A DNA stretch of 32,000 nt, taken from Candidatus Nitrospira inopinata. Its GTDB lineage: Bacteria > Nitrospirota > Nitrospiria > Nitrospirales > Nitrospiraceae. Location of the stretch: the NCBI RefSeq assembly GCF_001458695.1, contig NZ_LN885086.1:2970001-3002000 (forward strand), written 5' to 3'. The notes below the pieces were generated by a model. It made no database searches, was not told the DNA's origin, and worked only from the letters and a program-made list of their open reading frames with translations. This document shows positions 6,468 through 14,405 of this stretch, piece by piece. Position 1 is the first letter of the stretch. Each line of letters opens with the position of its first letter. The translations under genes were made by a program, and so were the position numbers.

Positions 6468-7295
6468 TTACCCTTTGTCGCTCGATGACCCTCGTCTGGC
6501 CAGCAGGCCAAGCGAAGCCAGCCCAGCCCCCATCAGCCACACTGCGGCGGGCAAGGGCACAGGCCTGAAGTCAAAATGAAAGATGCCGCTGTGCCCCGCT
6601 CCGCCGTTGAGATCGATCAACCGGAACGATGCCGTGTAGCGAGACTCATCGGCCAGCACTGTATAGAACGTCGGGAAGAACGAGAATCGGTCTCCCTCCC
6701 CTAACACATAGGTTTGCCCAGGGCCGGTAAAAATCGTAGTGCCGGTCTGGTCCATCACCCGAAGACCGGGCGTCAGCCCCACTGTCTGAAGCGCGAGCCT
6801 GGTTCCTTCCAAGGATTGTGTCCACCTTCCTCCAGAACTGTGGAAGAGATAGTGTTCCGGCGATCCCAGTTCGGCATCACGGATCCGGTCGGTTGGAGCC
6901 CACTCCAACAGACTGTATTCCAAGCCGGGGACCGGCCGGCTCACCCAGAGGCCGGCATGGACACCTTCACCTGGGAAGAGGGGTAAGGGTGGCTGCGCCG
7001 TATAGGTCTCCGGAATCCGGTTGTTGGCATTCGTTGGATTGATCACGGGCGCATCGGCCGGTCCACTGTAAGTATAGGCCCCAATCCCGTGGTAATGGTT
7101 CCTCGTCGGATCCGTTTCGTTCAGATGGGCATACAAAAACGTGAGCCGCCCATAGTTGGGATTGTCGAGCCCCGCGTAGGTGCCGGTGGGAATCACCGCT
7201 CGCCCATCGATGCCCACATAATATTCCACCGCCTGAGACTCGACGCCCTGGGCCAGCGCCAATCCCAGCGCAAGGGCCGCGAAACCTTGCGCCAT
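6468..7295 (-). CDS. Secreted protein with a C-terminal VPLPA-CTERM (PEP-CTERM variant) sorting signal, possibly a Zur-regulated metal-binding protein
   Basis: N-terminal signal peptide MAQGFAALALGLALAQGVESQA. The C-terminus is RPVPLPAAVWLMGAGLASLGLLARRG, that is VPLPA followed by a TM helix and an Arg-rich cluster. The mature part has conserved-looking His sites (RNHYHGIG, PEHYLFH, GHSGIFHF). AAGGAG lies 7 nt upstream of the ATG at 7295. Confidence 0.75.
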   Translation of the reverse strand: MAQGFAALALGLALAQGVESQAVEYYVGIDGRAVIPTGTYAGLDNPNYGRLTFLYAHLNETDPTRNHYHGIGAYTYSGPADAPVINPTNANNRIPETYTAQPPLPLFPGEGVHAGLWVSRPVPGLEYSLLEWAPTDRIRDAELGSPEHYLFHSSGGRWTQSLEGTRLALQTVGLTPGLRVMDQTGTTIFTGPGQTYVLGEGDRFSFFPTFYTVLADESRYTASFRLIDLNGGAGHSGIFHFDFRPVPLPAAVWLMGAGLASLGLLARRGSSSDKG

Positions 7296-7325
7296 TGGCC
7301 TCGCTCCTTTCCGCTTAAACCGACT

Positions 7326-7343
7326 TCACATAGCGACCTCCTT
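7326..7343 (-). promoter_or_regulatory. Strong SD followed by a minimal start-stop ORF (ATG-TGA) in the leader of the VPLPA-CTERM gene
   Basis: The minus strand reads AAGGAGG (7343-7337), TCGCT, ATG (7331-7329), TGA (7328-7326). This is about 30 nt upstream of the main ORF's start codon, and the main ORF has its own SD. Confidence 0.3.
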
Positions 7344-7512
7344 GATAAAAATGGTTGGACGTTCGCCGCGGCTTCCTGCCACGGCAACAGGGCCGGCGCG
7401 CCTTGTCTCTACCACGAGAGCCTATGCAAGCCGGGCCCCTATCGCTAGAGGAAGGTACTGGTGGTCCGTCAATCCGGCGAGAGAGTTTTTACGAACGGCT
7501 TGTATCGGCCAA

Positions 7513-7986
7513 TCAGCAGTCGCTGCGGCCGATGTTCATCCATGGAAAGAGTGAATGATCGTTTACGACAAGAACCGATGATTCGAGAGATCGATGACCC
7601 TGGCCATGACACCACCTCGGTGGCTGACCGACGGGGAAGTCCGTCGGCCACCCGTACATGTGCCCATGCTCCTCCCGTACAGAGCAGGGCACCAGGACCG
7701 TCAATGGGATGTTGCCGCCTGATTCCTCTGTTAGAGAACTGCATTCTCCTCCTCCGGCTCCATCCGGCGAGCCGGCTTTGCGCAACATCCGATCCATCGG
7801 CACACCAGCCTGAACGGGTCCGGATGAGCCAGGCCGAGGGATTGATCGACCTGATCCGTCGCTCGACCTGATCGGTCTGCCGGTCGTCGGCTTCATCAAG
7901 AAGCTTGTTGAACACCGAACAAGCGGATCGAACACGAAGGCGAGCGGCAGGTAGGCCACCCACACCCCCTCCGAAGCCATGTACAT
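7513..7986 (-). CDS. Low-confidence candidate ORF immediately downstream of the Fur-family gene (N-terminal hydrophobic segment, Cys/His-containing C-terminal part)
   Basis: The ATG at 7986 lies 12 nt after the fur stop, with GAAAGG 5 nt upstream. The translation is MYMASEGVWVAYLPLAFVFDPLV...CSVREEHGHMYGWPTDFPVGQPPRWCHGQGH.... Third-position GC is high in parts but uneven, and another minus-strand frame is also open here. It may equally be decayed or non-coding DNA. Confidence 0.25.
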   Translation of the reverse strand: MYMASEGVWVAYLPLAFVFDPLVRCSTSFLMKPTTGRPIRSSDGSGRSIPRPGSSGPVQAGVPMDRMLRKAGSPDGAGGGECSSLTEESGGNIPLTVLVPCSVREEHGHMYGWPTDFPVGQPPRWCHGQGHRSLESSVLVVNDHSLFPWMNIGRSDC

Positions 7987-7997
7987 CGCCGCCTTTC

Positions 7998-8414
7998 TTA
8001 GCGACATTGCGGACACCATCCGAGAAACTCAAGACTATGGCTATCGACCGCAAACTGAGTCTGTGCTTCGATCACCGAAGTCAGTTTCTTGATCGGACAC
8101 ACCATCAAGTCCACGATCTTGCCACATCCGCGACATTGGATGTGATGGTGATGCTCCCGGCCATGTCGAACCTCATATCGCATCTGACCATCATGGAGGC
8201 CGACCGTCGTGACGAGTCCCAGCTTCTCAAGCATGGCCAGATTGCGATACACGGTGACGAGATCAATTGGCATTCGAGCCTTCGCCAGCCGAGCGTGCAG
8301 CTCCGCCGCGGTCATCGGGAGTGGGCTCTGCTCAAGAATCCCAAGAATGGCTCTTCGGGCCTTCGTGAGTTTCTTGCCACCGGCCTTCAGTCTTTCGATG
8401 ATCGAGTCCGTCAT
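7998..8414 (-). CDS. Fur-family transcriptional regulator (Zur suspected from genomic context)
   Basis: Winged-helix N-terminus (LTKARRAILGILEQSPLPMTAAELH...VTVYRNLAMLEKLGLV). Metal sites are HGREHHHHIQCRGCGK and the C-terminal CPQCR (CxxC...CxxC). The start is taken at MTDSIIERLK (8414). An alternative start at 8444 is possible. Confidence 0.85.
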   Translation of the reverse strand: MTDSIIERLKAGGKKLTKARRAILGILEQSPLPMTAAELHARLAKARMPIDLVTVYRNLAMLEKLGLVTTVGLHDGQMRYEVRHGREHHHHIQCRGCGKIVDLMVCPIKKLTSVIEAQTQFAVDSHSLEFLGWCPQCR

Positions 8415-8767
8415 GGGCAGAGTCCGTCGCGGGCGAATCATCACATGCAGACGATTTGCGATTATCAGTTCCGTTCTCTCCTGTCAAGGGTTGCACCGAC
8501 CGGTTTCCTTTTCCCAACGACACATGTAACCGGCCGATGCACGATCCGGTCATCAACCACGCTTCGTGACCCCCGTCATCCGGATTCGGCCGGTCCATCA
8601 ACGGCGCCCGACACACGAGCGGCTATGCCAGTACCGCCGCAACTCCTCCGATCGGCGGTCTCCCTTTCATCTTGCGACCGGTCTCAGAGAAGACCTTGCT
8701 GCTCTCACCTCCTCGCGAGCCGATCTCGCTCTTTCTCCCGCGCGACGGCCCATGCTACGATGGCGCC

Positions 8768-9538
8768 ATGTTTGTGGATACCCACACCCATCTCGATGAC
8801 GCCCGTTACAGCCACGACCGGGACGCCGTGATGGCCCGCGCGCGCGAGGCCGGGGTCGAAGCCTTTGTCACGATCGGCTGTGATCTTTCATCCAGCCTGG
8901 CCGCCGTCGCCCTTGCCGACCAGTATGATTCGGTCTACGCGGCTATCGGAGTCCATCCCCACGAAGTCCGACACATCGCCGATGGCTGGTATGACGAACT
9001 CCTCCGGCTGGCGCGGCACAAGAAAGTCGTGGCCTATGGGGAAATCGGCCTCGATTATCACTACAACCACTCGTCGCCCAAGGAACAGCAGGACCGGTTC
9101 CGCGAGCAGGTGCAACTCGCCCGCGAACTCAAGCTGCCAGTCATCGTCCATACGAGGGAAGCGCAAGAGGACACGATCGCGATTTTACGAGAAGAACAGG
9201 CGTCGGAAGTCGGCGGGGTGTTTCACTGCTTTTCAGGAGATGCGTGGCTGGCTAAGGACGCGCTCGATCTTGGATTCTATCTGTCGTTTTCCGGCATCGT
9301 GACGTTTCAGAACGCCGCCATGTTGCGGGAGATCGCCAAGACCGTTCCTTTGGATCGGCTGTTGATTGAGACGGATTGCCCTTACCTTGCGCCGGTCCCT
9401 TATCGCGGGAAACGAAACGAGCCCGCCTATGTCGCCCACGTAGCCGACAAACTGGCGGCGATTCATGGGACCTTGTCTCCGACGGACATCGGATTCCGCA
9501 CGACTGAAAACGCCAAGCGCCTGTTCAAAATCGCTTGA
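8768..9538 (+). CDS. tatD: TatD-family metal-dependent hydrolase/DNase
   Basis: Canonical N-terminus MFVDTHTHLD, then GVHPH, GEIGLDYHY, PVIVHTREA, FHCFSG and IETDCPYL. The start was chosen at the conserved MFVDTH rather than the 8672 ORF start. Confidence 0.9.
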   Translation: MFVDTHTHLDDARYSHDRDAVMARAREAGVEAFVTIGCDLSSSLAAVALADQYDSVYAAIGVHPHEVRHIADGWYDELLRLARHKKVVAYGEIGLDYHYNHSSPKEQQDRFREQVQLARELKLPVIVHTREAQEDTIAILREEQASEVGGVFHCFSGDAWLAKDALDLGFYLSFSGIVTFQNAAMLREIAKTVPLDRLLIETDCPYLAPVPYRGKRNEPAYVAHVADKLAAIHGTLSPTDIGFRTTENAKRLFKIA

Positions 9539-10043
9539 GCTGGTGCTGCCGCCGCCGTTCCGCTTTCGGCAGCTTTCGAGGGTTCCCTCTTTTCTCCGGT
9601 CCCCGGCCCCGCCGCTCATCCTCTCCGCTATCCAATTCTTTGTATGGGACCATGCCGCCGGCCGGCGGGCCATGCAGCTTGGCCGCGAATTCCCGGGCCT
9701 CCAGAACGAACGCGCCGTGCGATCGCGCCACGTGGATGATCTCGCGATCCGAGGTCACCACCGCGCAGTCTCCGCCATAATGGCGCGCCAGCCGTTGGAT
9801 CACTTGATCGGCCTTCTCTCCTCTCTTGGAATAGATGACCTCGATGCCGCCGTAGCGCTCATGCTGTTCGACCGGTCGGTCATGCCGCCACCCGTCAAAC
9901 ACCACCGTCATGGCATACTGTCTCCGATGGCGATACGCCGCCAACGATTCCAATAAGTCCTCACGAGCGGATTCCAGCCCGTCCGAAAGGCCCCACATTG
10001 CGCCCAACAGGTTGTATCCATCAATAATCAGGCGCGTGCTCAC
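9525..10043 (-). CDS. YacP-like NYN-domain (PIN-like) putative RNase
   Basis: RLIIDGYNLLG...VVFDG...EVIYS...ADQVI...VVTSDREI fits the YacP/NYN pattern, followed by a basic C-terminal tail. GTG 10043 is the preferred start, and TTG 10073 is also possible. Its 3' end overlaps the tatD 3' end by 14 nt (convergent). Confidence 0.7.
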   Translation of the reverse strand: MSTRLIIDGYNLLGAMWGLSDGLESAREDLLESLAAYRHRRQYAMTVVFDGWRHDRPVEQHERYGGIEVIYSKRGEKADQVIQRLARHYGGDCAVVTSDREIIHVARSHGAFVLEAREFAAKLHGPPAGGMVPYKELDSGEDERRGRGPEKRGNPRKLPKAERRRQHQLKRF

Positions 10044-10107
10044 AACGTCACCGGCCCTCTCACCGAAGACCAACAGCGCTCATTTTTTAGGAAAACTTTG
10101 CAACTCC

Positions 10108-10137
10108 TTGACAAGATAGGACGCTTCTGAGAATAGT
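10108..10137 (+). promoter_or_regulatory. Candidate promoter for the amidase gene
   Basis: A perfect TTGACA (10108-10113), an 18-nt spacer, then AATAGT (10132-10137), in the 91-bp divergent intergenic region. By eye only. Confidence 0.3.
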
Positions 10138-10164
10138 TGGCTACGCTTCCCCATCAAGCCTCTC

Positions 10165-11457
10165 ATGCGATTCTACAGGGAACATCGCTCCTTTGCCACA
10201 TGGGTCAAGACGGTCATCATGGGCGTTTGCGCGGTGACCGCCGCCGAGATGACGGCCCCCATCTCCTTGCTCCTCGCCGCGCCGCCGAACGACCGCCCCC
10301 CTCCCTCCCGTCCTTTGACGCCCACGAAAACGCCCAAGGTCAAGAGCGCTCCCGTCGCTCTGGCCCCCGCCACCGTCCATAATCTTCGCGTTTGGAGCAC
10401 GCAGGAAAAAACCAGGTTGGTGTTGGATCTCGATCGGCAGATTCAACCGACCGAGCGTCGCATGCCGAACCTGGAACAGGTCGTGATTTCGCTTCCCAAC
10501 GCTTCGATGAGCCAATCCGCCAAGACCAAGGCCGACAACGGCTCCCTGCCGCCGCTCTTTACCGTCACCCAGACGGAGGGACCCACCGTTTCCGTCTTGT
10601 TTTCTCTCGGCGGACTTCGTGCCTACAAACAATTTACCCTGTCCAATCCTCATCGTCTCGTGATCGACGTCGTCCCTCTGAACGAATCGCCTTCTGCTCC
10701 ACCGACCGAAGATCAAGCAGCAGCGCAGCCCCCGGCCGATCTTCCTGCTCAACCTATTATTCCTCCGTCGAAGGGCCATACGACCATCGTGATCGATCCC
10801 GGTCACGGGGGAAAAGATATGGGAGCGAAGGGCCTTCGGCACACGGAAGAAAAGGATATTACCTTGAAGGTCGGATTGAGTCTCCGCGACTTGTTGAGCA
10901 AGCAGCCCAACCTGCGAGTGCTCATGACGAGAGATCGAGACGTGTTCGTCGAACTTGAAGAGCGGGCCAAGTTCGCCAACAGTCATAACGCCGACTTGTT
11001 CGTATCCATCCACGTCAACTCGCACCCTTCACACCACGTCAAGGGCGTCGAGATCTACCACTTCGGAGAGGCCAAGGATCAACGAGCGCTTGAAGTGGCG
11101 GCGCGCGAGAACGGCACGCCGCTCAACAGCACCGGCGTCGGCTGGGAGTATCTGGTCGCCGACTTGTTGACGACAAAAAAAATCGAGTCCTCCCTCGATC
11201 TTGCATGGACCGCCAAAGAGTCCCTGATCGCGCACATGAGCCGTCGCTATTCGATCCACGATCACGGCGTCAAGACCGCTCCCTTTTACGTCCTTCGCTT
11301 CACGACCATGCCGAGCATTTTGGCCGAGATCGCCTTTATCTCCAACCCGGACGAAGAACGGTTGCTTCGACAACCGGCCTACCTCAACGACGTAGCCCTG
11401 TCGCTCTACAAGGGAATCACGTCGTTCCTTGCCGCCAATGGAAACGGCGCCCGATGA
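10165..11457 (+). CDS. amiC: N-acetylmuramoyl-L-alanine amidase with an N-terminal AMIN domain (AmiC-like)
   Basis: Signal/anchor segment, then an AMIN-like region (VHNLRVWSTQEKTRLVLDLD...HRLVIDV) and a Pro-rich linker. The Amidase_3 core follows (IVIDPGHGGKDMGA, DLFVSIHVNS, GVEIYH, ILAEIAFISNP). Confidence 0.9.
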   Translation: MRFYREHRSFATWVKTVIMGVCAVTAAEMTAPISLLLAAPPNDRPPPSRPLTPTKTPKVKSAPVALAPATVHNLRVWSTQEKTRLVLDLDRQIQPTERRMPNLEQVVISLPNASMSQSAKTKADNGSLPPLFTVTQTEGPTVSVLFSLGGLRAYKQFTLSNPHRLVIDVVPLNESPSAPPTEDQAAAQPPADLPAQPIIPPSKGHTTIVIDPGHGGKDMGAKGLRHTEEKDITLKVGLSLRDLLSKQPNLRVLMTRDRDVFVELEERAKFANSHNADLFVSIHVNSHPSHHVKGVEIYHFGEAKDQRALEVAARENGTPLNSTGVGWEYLVADLLTTKKIESSLDLAWTAKESLIAHMSRRYSIHDHGVKTAPFYVLRFTTMPSILAEIAFISNPDEERLLRQPAYLNDVALSLYKGITSFLAANGNGAR

Positions 11458-11484
11458 CCGACGCGGACTCATCGGCGGACCTTC

Positions 11485-12246
11485 ATGCCCGTCGTTAAAC
11501 TGATTCTCGAATATGACGGATCGGCCTATTTGGGATGGCAGCGCCAACCGGACCGGCCCACGATTCAAGAAGCGGTAGAAACCGCAGTCGAACGCGTCGT
11601 CCAAGCCAAAGTGCCGGTCATCGGCGCCGGCAGGACGGACGCAGGCGTCCATGCTCTCGGACAAGCGGCCAGCTTCCGCATCGAACGCACCCTAACACCT
11701 CGCGATTGGGTCCGGGCGCTCAACGCCCACCTGCCGGACGCGATCACCGTGCTGGCTGCGGAACTGATGCCGGACACCTTCCACGCCCGTTATTCGGCCA
11801 CCGGAAAACTGTACGAGTATCGCATTCTCAATCGACCGGAGCGGCCGGCCCTCGATCGACTGTTTTGTTGGCATATTCGAAAACCGCTGGACGAGGGCGA
11901 CATGGGCCGCGCCGCCGCGAGCCTGATCGGAGAACATGATTTCTCCTCGTTCCAAACCCAACCGACCGATAACGACGATCCCGTCTGCCGTCTCAAGCGG
12001 CTGGCCGTCATCCGGGAAGGACACCGCCTCAGAATCGAGGCCTATGCCGACCGGTTTCTCAAACAAATGGTCCGTTCCATCGTCGGCACGTTGGTCGACG
12101 TCGGATTGGGCAAACTCCCGCCTGAAGCTGTAAAACCAATTCTGGACGCGCGCGACCGTTCTTCAGCCGGCAGGACCGCGCCGCCAAGCGGGCTGTTTCT
12201 CGTGCGTGTCGATTATGAAGACGCGTCGGAAACGACGGAGAAATAA
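11485..12246 (+). CDS. truA: tRNA pseudouridine(38-40) synthase
   Basis: ILEYDGSAYLGWQRQ and GAGRTDAGVHALGQ (catalytic Asp motif), then HDFSSF and RFLKQMVR. Confidence 0.92.
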   Translation: MPVVKLILEYDGSAYLGWQRQPDRPTIQEAVETAVERVVQAKVPVIGAGRTDAGVHALGQAASFRIERTLTPRDWVRALNAHLPDAITVLAAELMPDTFHARYSATGKLYEYRILNRPERPALDRLFCWHIRKPLDEGDMGRAAASLIGEHDFSSFQTQPTDNDDPVCRLKRLAVIREGHRLRIEAYADRFLKQMVRSIVGTLVDVGLGKLPPEAVKPILDARDRSSAGRTAPPSGLFLVRVDYEDASETTEK

Positions 12247-12346
12247 TCCCGGAAAGAGGACTGAGCGGCGTCCGGCCTCTGTATTCGACCGGCCACCGAG
12301 CGCGAGGAGAGGATGGGAAGGCATGAATGCGGTTGTGTCGGGGCCA

Positions 12347-12994
12347 TCACGAATCGCGGTTTTCGAGTTTTTTACGTAGTTCGATCAGCTCCTGCTCCAA
12401 GGCGACAAACCGATCGTTGATGGGGTCCGGAATGTTGGTGTGATCCATGGTTGCATCCGGCAGCCGTTCGCCCTGGGACTTGATGATACGAGCCGGCACT
12501 CCGATGACGGTCGAGTTGGCCGGGACGTTCTTCAGAACGACGGAATTCGCTCCGATCTTGACGTTGTCGCCCACCTTGATGGCCCCCAGAATCTTGGCGC
12601 CCGCGCCGATGACGACGTGATTGCCGATCGTGGGATGGCGCTTGCCTCGCTCTTTGCCCGTCCCGCCGAGCGTGACTCCCTGAAAGAGGGTGACATAGTC
12701 CCCGATCTCCGCGGTTTCCCCGATGACCACACCCATACCGTGGTCGATGAAAAAGCCCGTGCCGATCTTGGCGGAAGGATGGATCTCGATCCCGGTCAGC
12801 CAGCGGGCCGCCTGCGAAATGAAGCGCGGCAGGAACGGCACGCCGTGCGCCTGAAGCCAGTGGGCGATGCGGTAGGCGAGCAGCGCGTGGAACCCGGCGT
12901 AGGTCAGCACGACCTCCAAGCGGCTGGTCGCCGCCGGGTCCCGATCGAAAACGGCCTGCAGGTCTTGGCGGATCGCTTGCAGCGCTTTCACCAT
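12347..12994 (-). CDS. cysE: Serine O-acetyltransferase
   Basis: [64 protein letters not shown]: a hexapeptide-repeat CysE signature. Confidence 0.92.
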   Translation of the reverse strand: MVKALQAIRQDLQAVFDRDPAATSRLEVVLTYAGFHALLAYRIAHWLQAHGVPFLPRFISQAARWLTGIEIHPSAKIGTGFFIDHGMGVVIGETAEIGDYVTLFQGVTLGGTGKERGKRHPTIGNHVVIGAGAKILGAIKVGDNVKIGANSVVLKNVPANSTVIGVPARIIKSQGERLPDATMDHTNIPDPINDRFVALEQELIELRKKLENRDS

Positions 12995-13013
12995 GGCGGA
13001 TATCTTACGTCGC

Positions 13014-13487
13014 TCAGGCCGGCACGATCAAACACACCGCGTGGGCGACCATGCTTTCTTCTTTCCCCACCGAATCGAGGCCCTCGCCGCTCTTCACCTT
13101 CACATTGACCAACCCCGGCTCGATCCTCAGCGTCTCGGCCAGTCGTTTGGCCATGGCGGATAAATGACCGGCCAGCCTCGGGGCCTGCGCGACGATGACG
13201 CTGTCGATATTCCCCACCCGATAGCCCTTGGCCTTGAGTTTATCGGCGACATCCTCCAATAGCTTCAAACTGGAAATATCCTTGTAGCGGGGATCGGAAC
13301 TGGGAAAATGCCGGCCGAGATCTCCTTCGCCCATGGCGCCCAGCAACGCATCGCACACCGCATGCACCAGCACGTCGCTGTCCGAGTGGCCCAGCAATCC
13401 TTGGCCGTGCGGAATCTCGATCCCGCCCAAAATCAACTTCCGTCCCGGCCCCAACGGATGCACGTCATAGCCGTAACCGATTCTCAT
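13014..13487 (-). CDS. ispF: 2-C-methyl-D-erythritol 2,4-cyclodiphosphate synthase
   Basis: [12 protein letters not shown]...[19 protein letters not shown]...GDLGRHFP is the canonical IspF pattern. The start is at the conserved MRIG. Confidence 0.93.
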   Translation of the reverse strand: MRIGYGYDVHPLGPGRKLILGGIEIPHGQGLLGHSDSDVLVHAVCDALLGAMGEGDLGRHFPSSDPRYKDISSLKLLEDVADKLKAKGYRVGNIDSVIVAQAPRLAGHLSAMAKRLAETLRIEPGLVNVKVKSGEGLDSVGKEESMVAHAVCLIVPA

Positions 13488-13578
13488 GGAACTCCTCGTC
13501 AAGCTTCACTCGTCATGGTCAATCGTAAGCCGAGGCCGAAAGGACGTCCTTCGACGATCGCCGGTCGTCGTTCAACGG

Positions 13579-14340
13579 TTAACGTCCCGTCCGCCGCGAC
13601 GCCAGAATCGCTTCCCCCACAATCATGTCCTCCGGTCTGGTGACCTTGATGTTCTCGCCGCTCCCTTCGACCACCACGACCGGATACCCGGCCCACTCGA
13701 ACAAAAACGCGTCGTCGGTGGCATGCACCCCCTCCGCGTGGGCTTTGCGATGGACCGTGAGCAATCGATCGAATCGAAACGCTTGCGGCGTTTGGGCCAG
13801 CCAGAGCGGCCGCCGATCGACCGTTCGCTCGACGTAGCCCTGCGCCCCCACCTGCTTGACGGTATCCCTCATCGGCAACGCCACGATCGCGCCGCCCACC
13901 CGGCGCGCCGCTTCCACCGTGTCGCCCACCATGCGTTCCGTCAAAAACGGACGAACGGCGTCGTGAACCACGACGATCTCCGTTTCATTCGGAACATGTT
14001 CGAGGGCGTGCCGGACGGAATCCTGACGTTCCTTCCCTCCGGCCACCACCTTGGTGATCTTCGTAAAACCGAATCCGGGAATAAGGTGGTTCAGGCAATA
14101 ATCGAGATCGGGTTGAGGAACCGCCAGGATGATCTGATCGACGACGGACGAGGCCTCAAACACGCGCAGCGCATGAACGACCACCGGCTCTCCGCCCAAG
14201 GCAAGAAACTGCTTGGGAACGGCGCCGCCCATGCGCAGCCCCTTCCCCGCCGCCGGAACGACGGCGACGACGAGCGAAGCCTTTCTGATCGGAACATCCT
14301 TCCGATCCGTCCGTCGCGTCGGTTCATCCGCCGACTTCAT
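13579..14340 (-). CDS. ispD: 2-C-methyl-D-erythritol 4-phosphate cytidylyltransferase
   Basis: VAVVPAAGKGLRMG..PKQFL (P-loop-like IspD motif), VVVHDAVRPF and the downstream conserved TVKQV. Confidence 0.9.
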   Translation of the reverse strand: MKSADEPTRRTDRKDVPIRKASLVVAVVPAAGKGLRMGGAVPKQFLALGGEPVVVHALRVFEASSVVDQIILAVPQPDLDYCLNHLIPGFGFTKITKVVAGGKERQDSVRHALEHVPNETEIVVVHDAVRPFLTERMVGDTVEAARRVGGAIVALPMRDTVKQVGAQGYVERTVDRRPLWLAQTPQAFRFDRLLTVHRKAHAEGVHATDDAFLFEWAGYPVVVVEGSGENIKVTRPEDMIVGEAILASRRTGR

Positions 14341-14405
14341 TCAGCCAACCGCACGGGAGGACCGGATAATCTTCATACGCATCAGCCGGCATACGCATCG
14401 GCCGG

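Noticed and set aside
5431-8500. A classical integrative island or prophage at tRNA-Phe.
   Set aside because: No integrase, recombinase or phage gene is present, and by eye I found no repeat of the tRNA 3' end downstream. Only the weaker idea of an accessory islet is retained as a finding.
8445-8767. Possible leaderless promoter (TACGAT 7 nt before the tatD ATG) and Fur-type operator in the fur-tatD divergent region.
   Set aside because: The -35 region is poor, and no AT-rich palindrome resembling a Fur or Zur box is visible. The evidence is not strong enough to report as a feature.
12247-12346. Terminator between convergent truA and cysE.
   Set aside because: Only 4-bp GC palindromes are present, with no convincing stem-loop plus T-tract.
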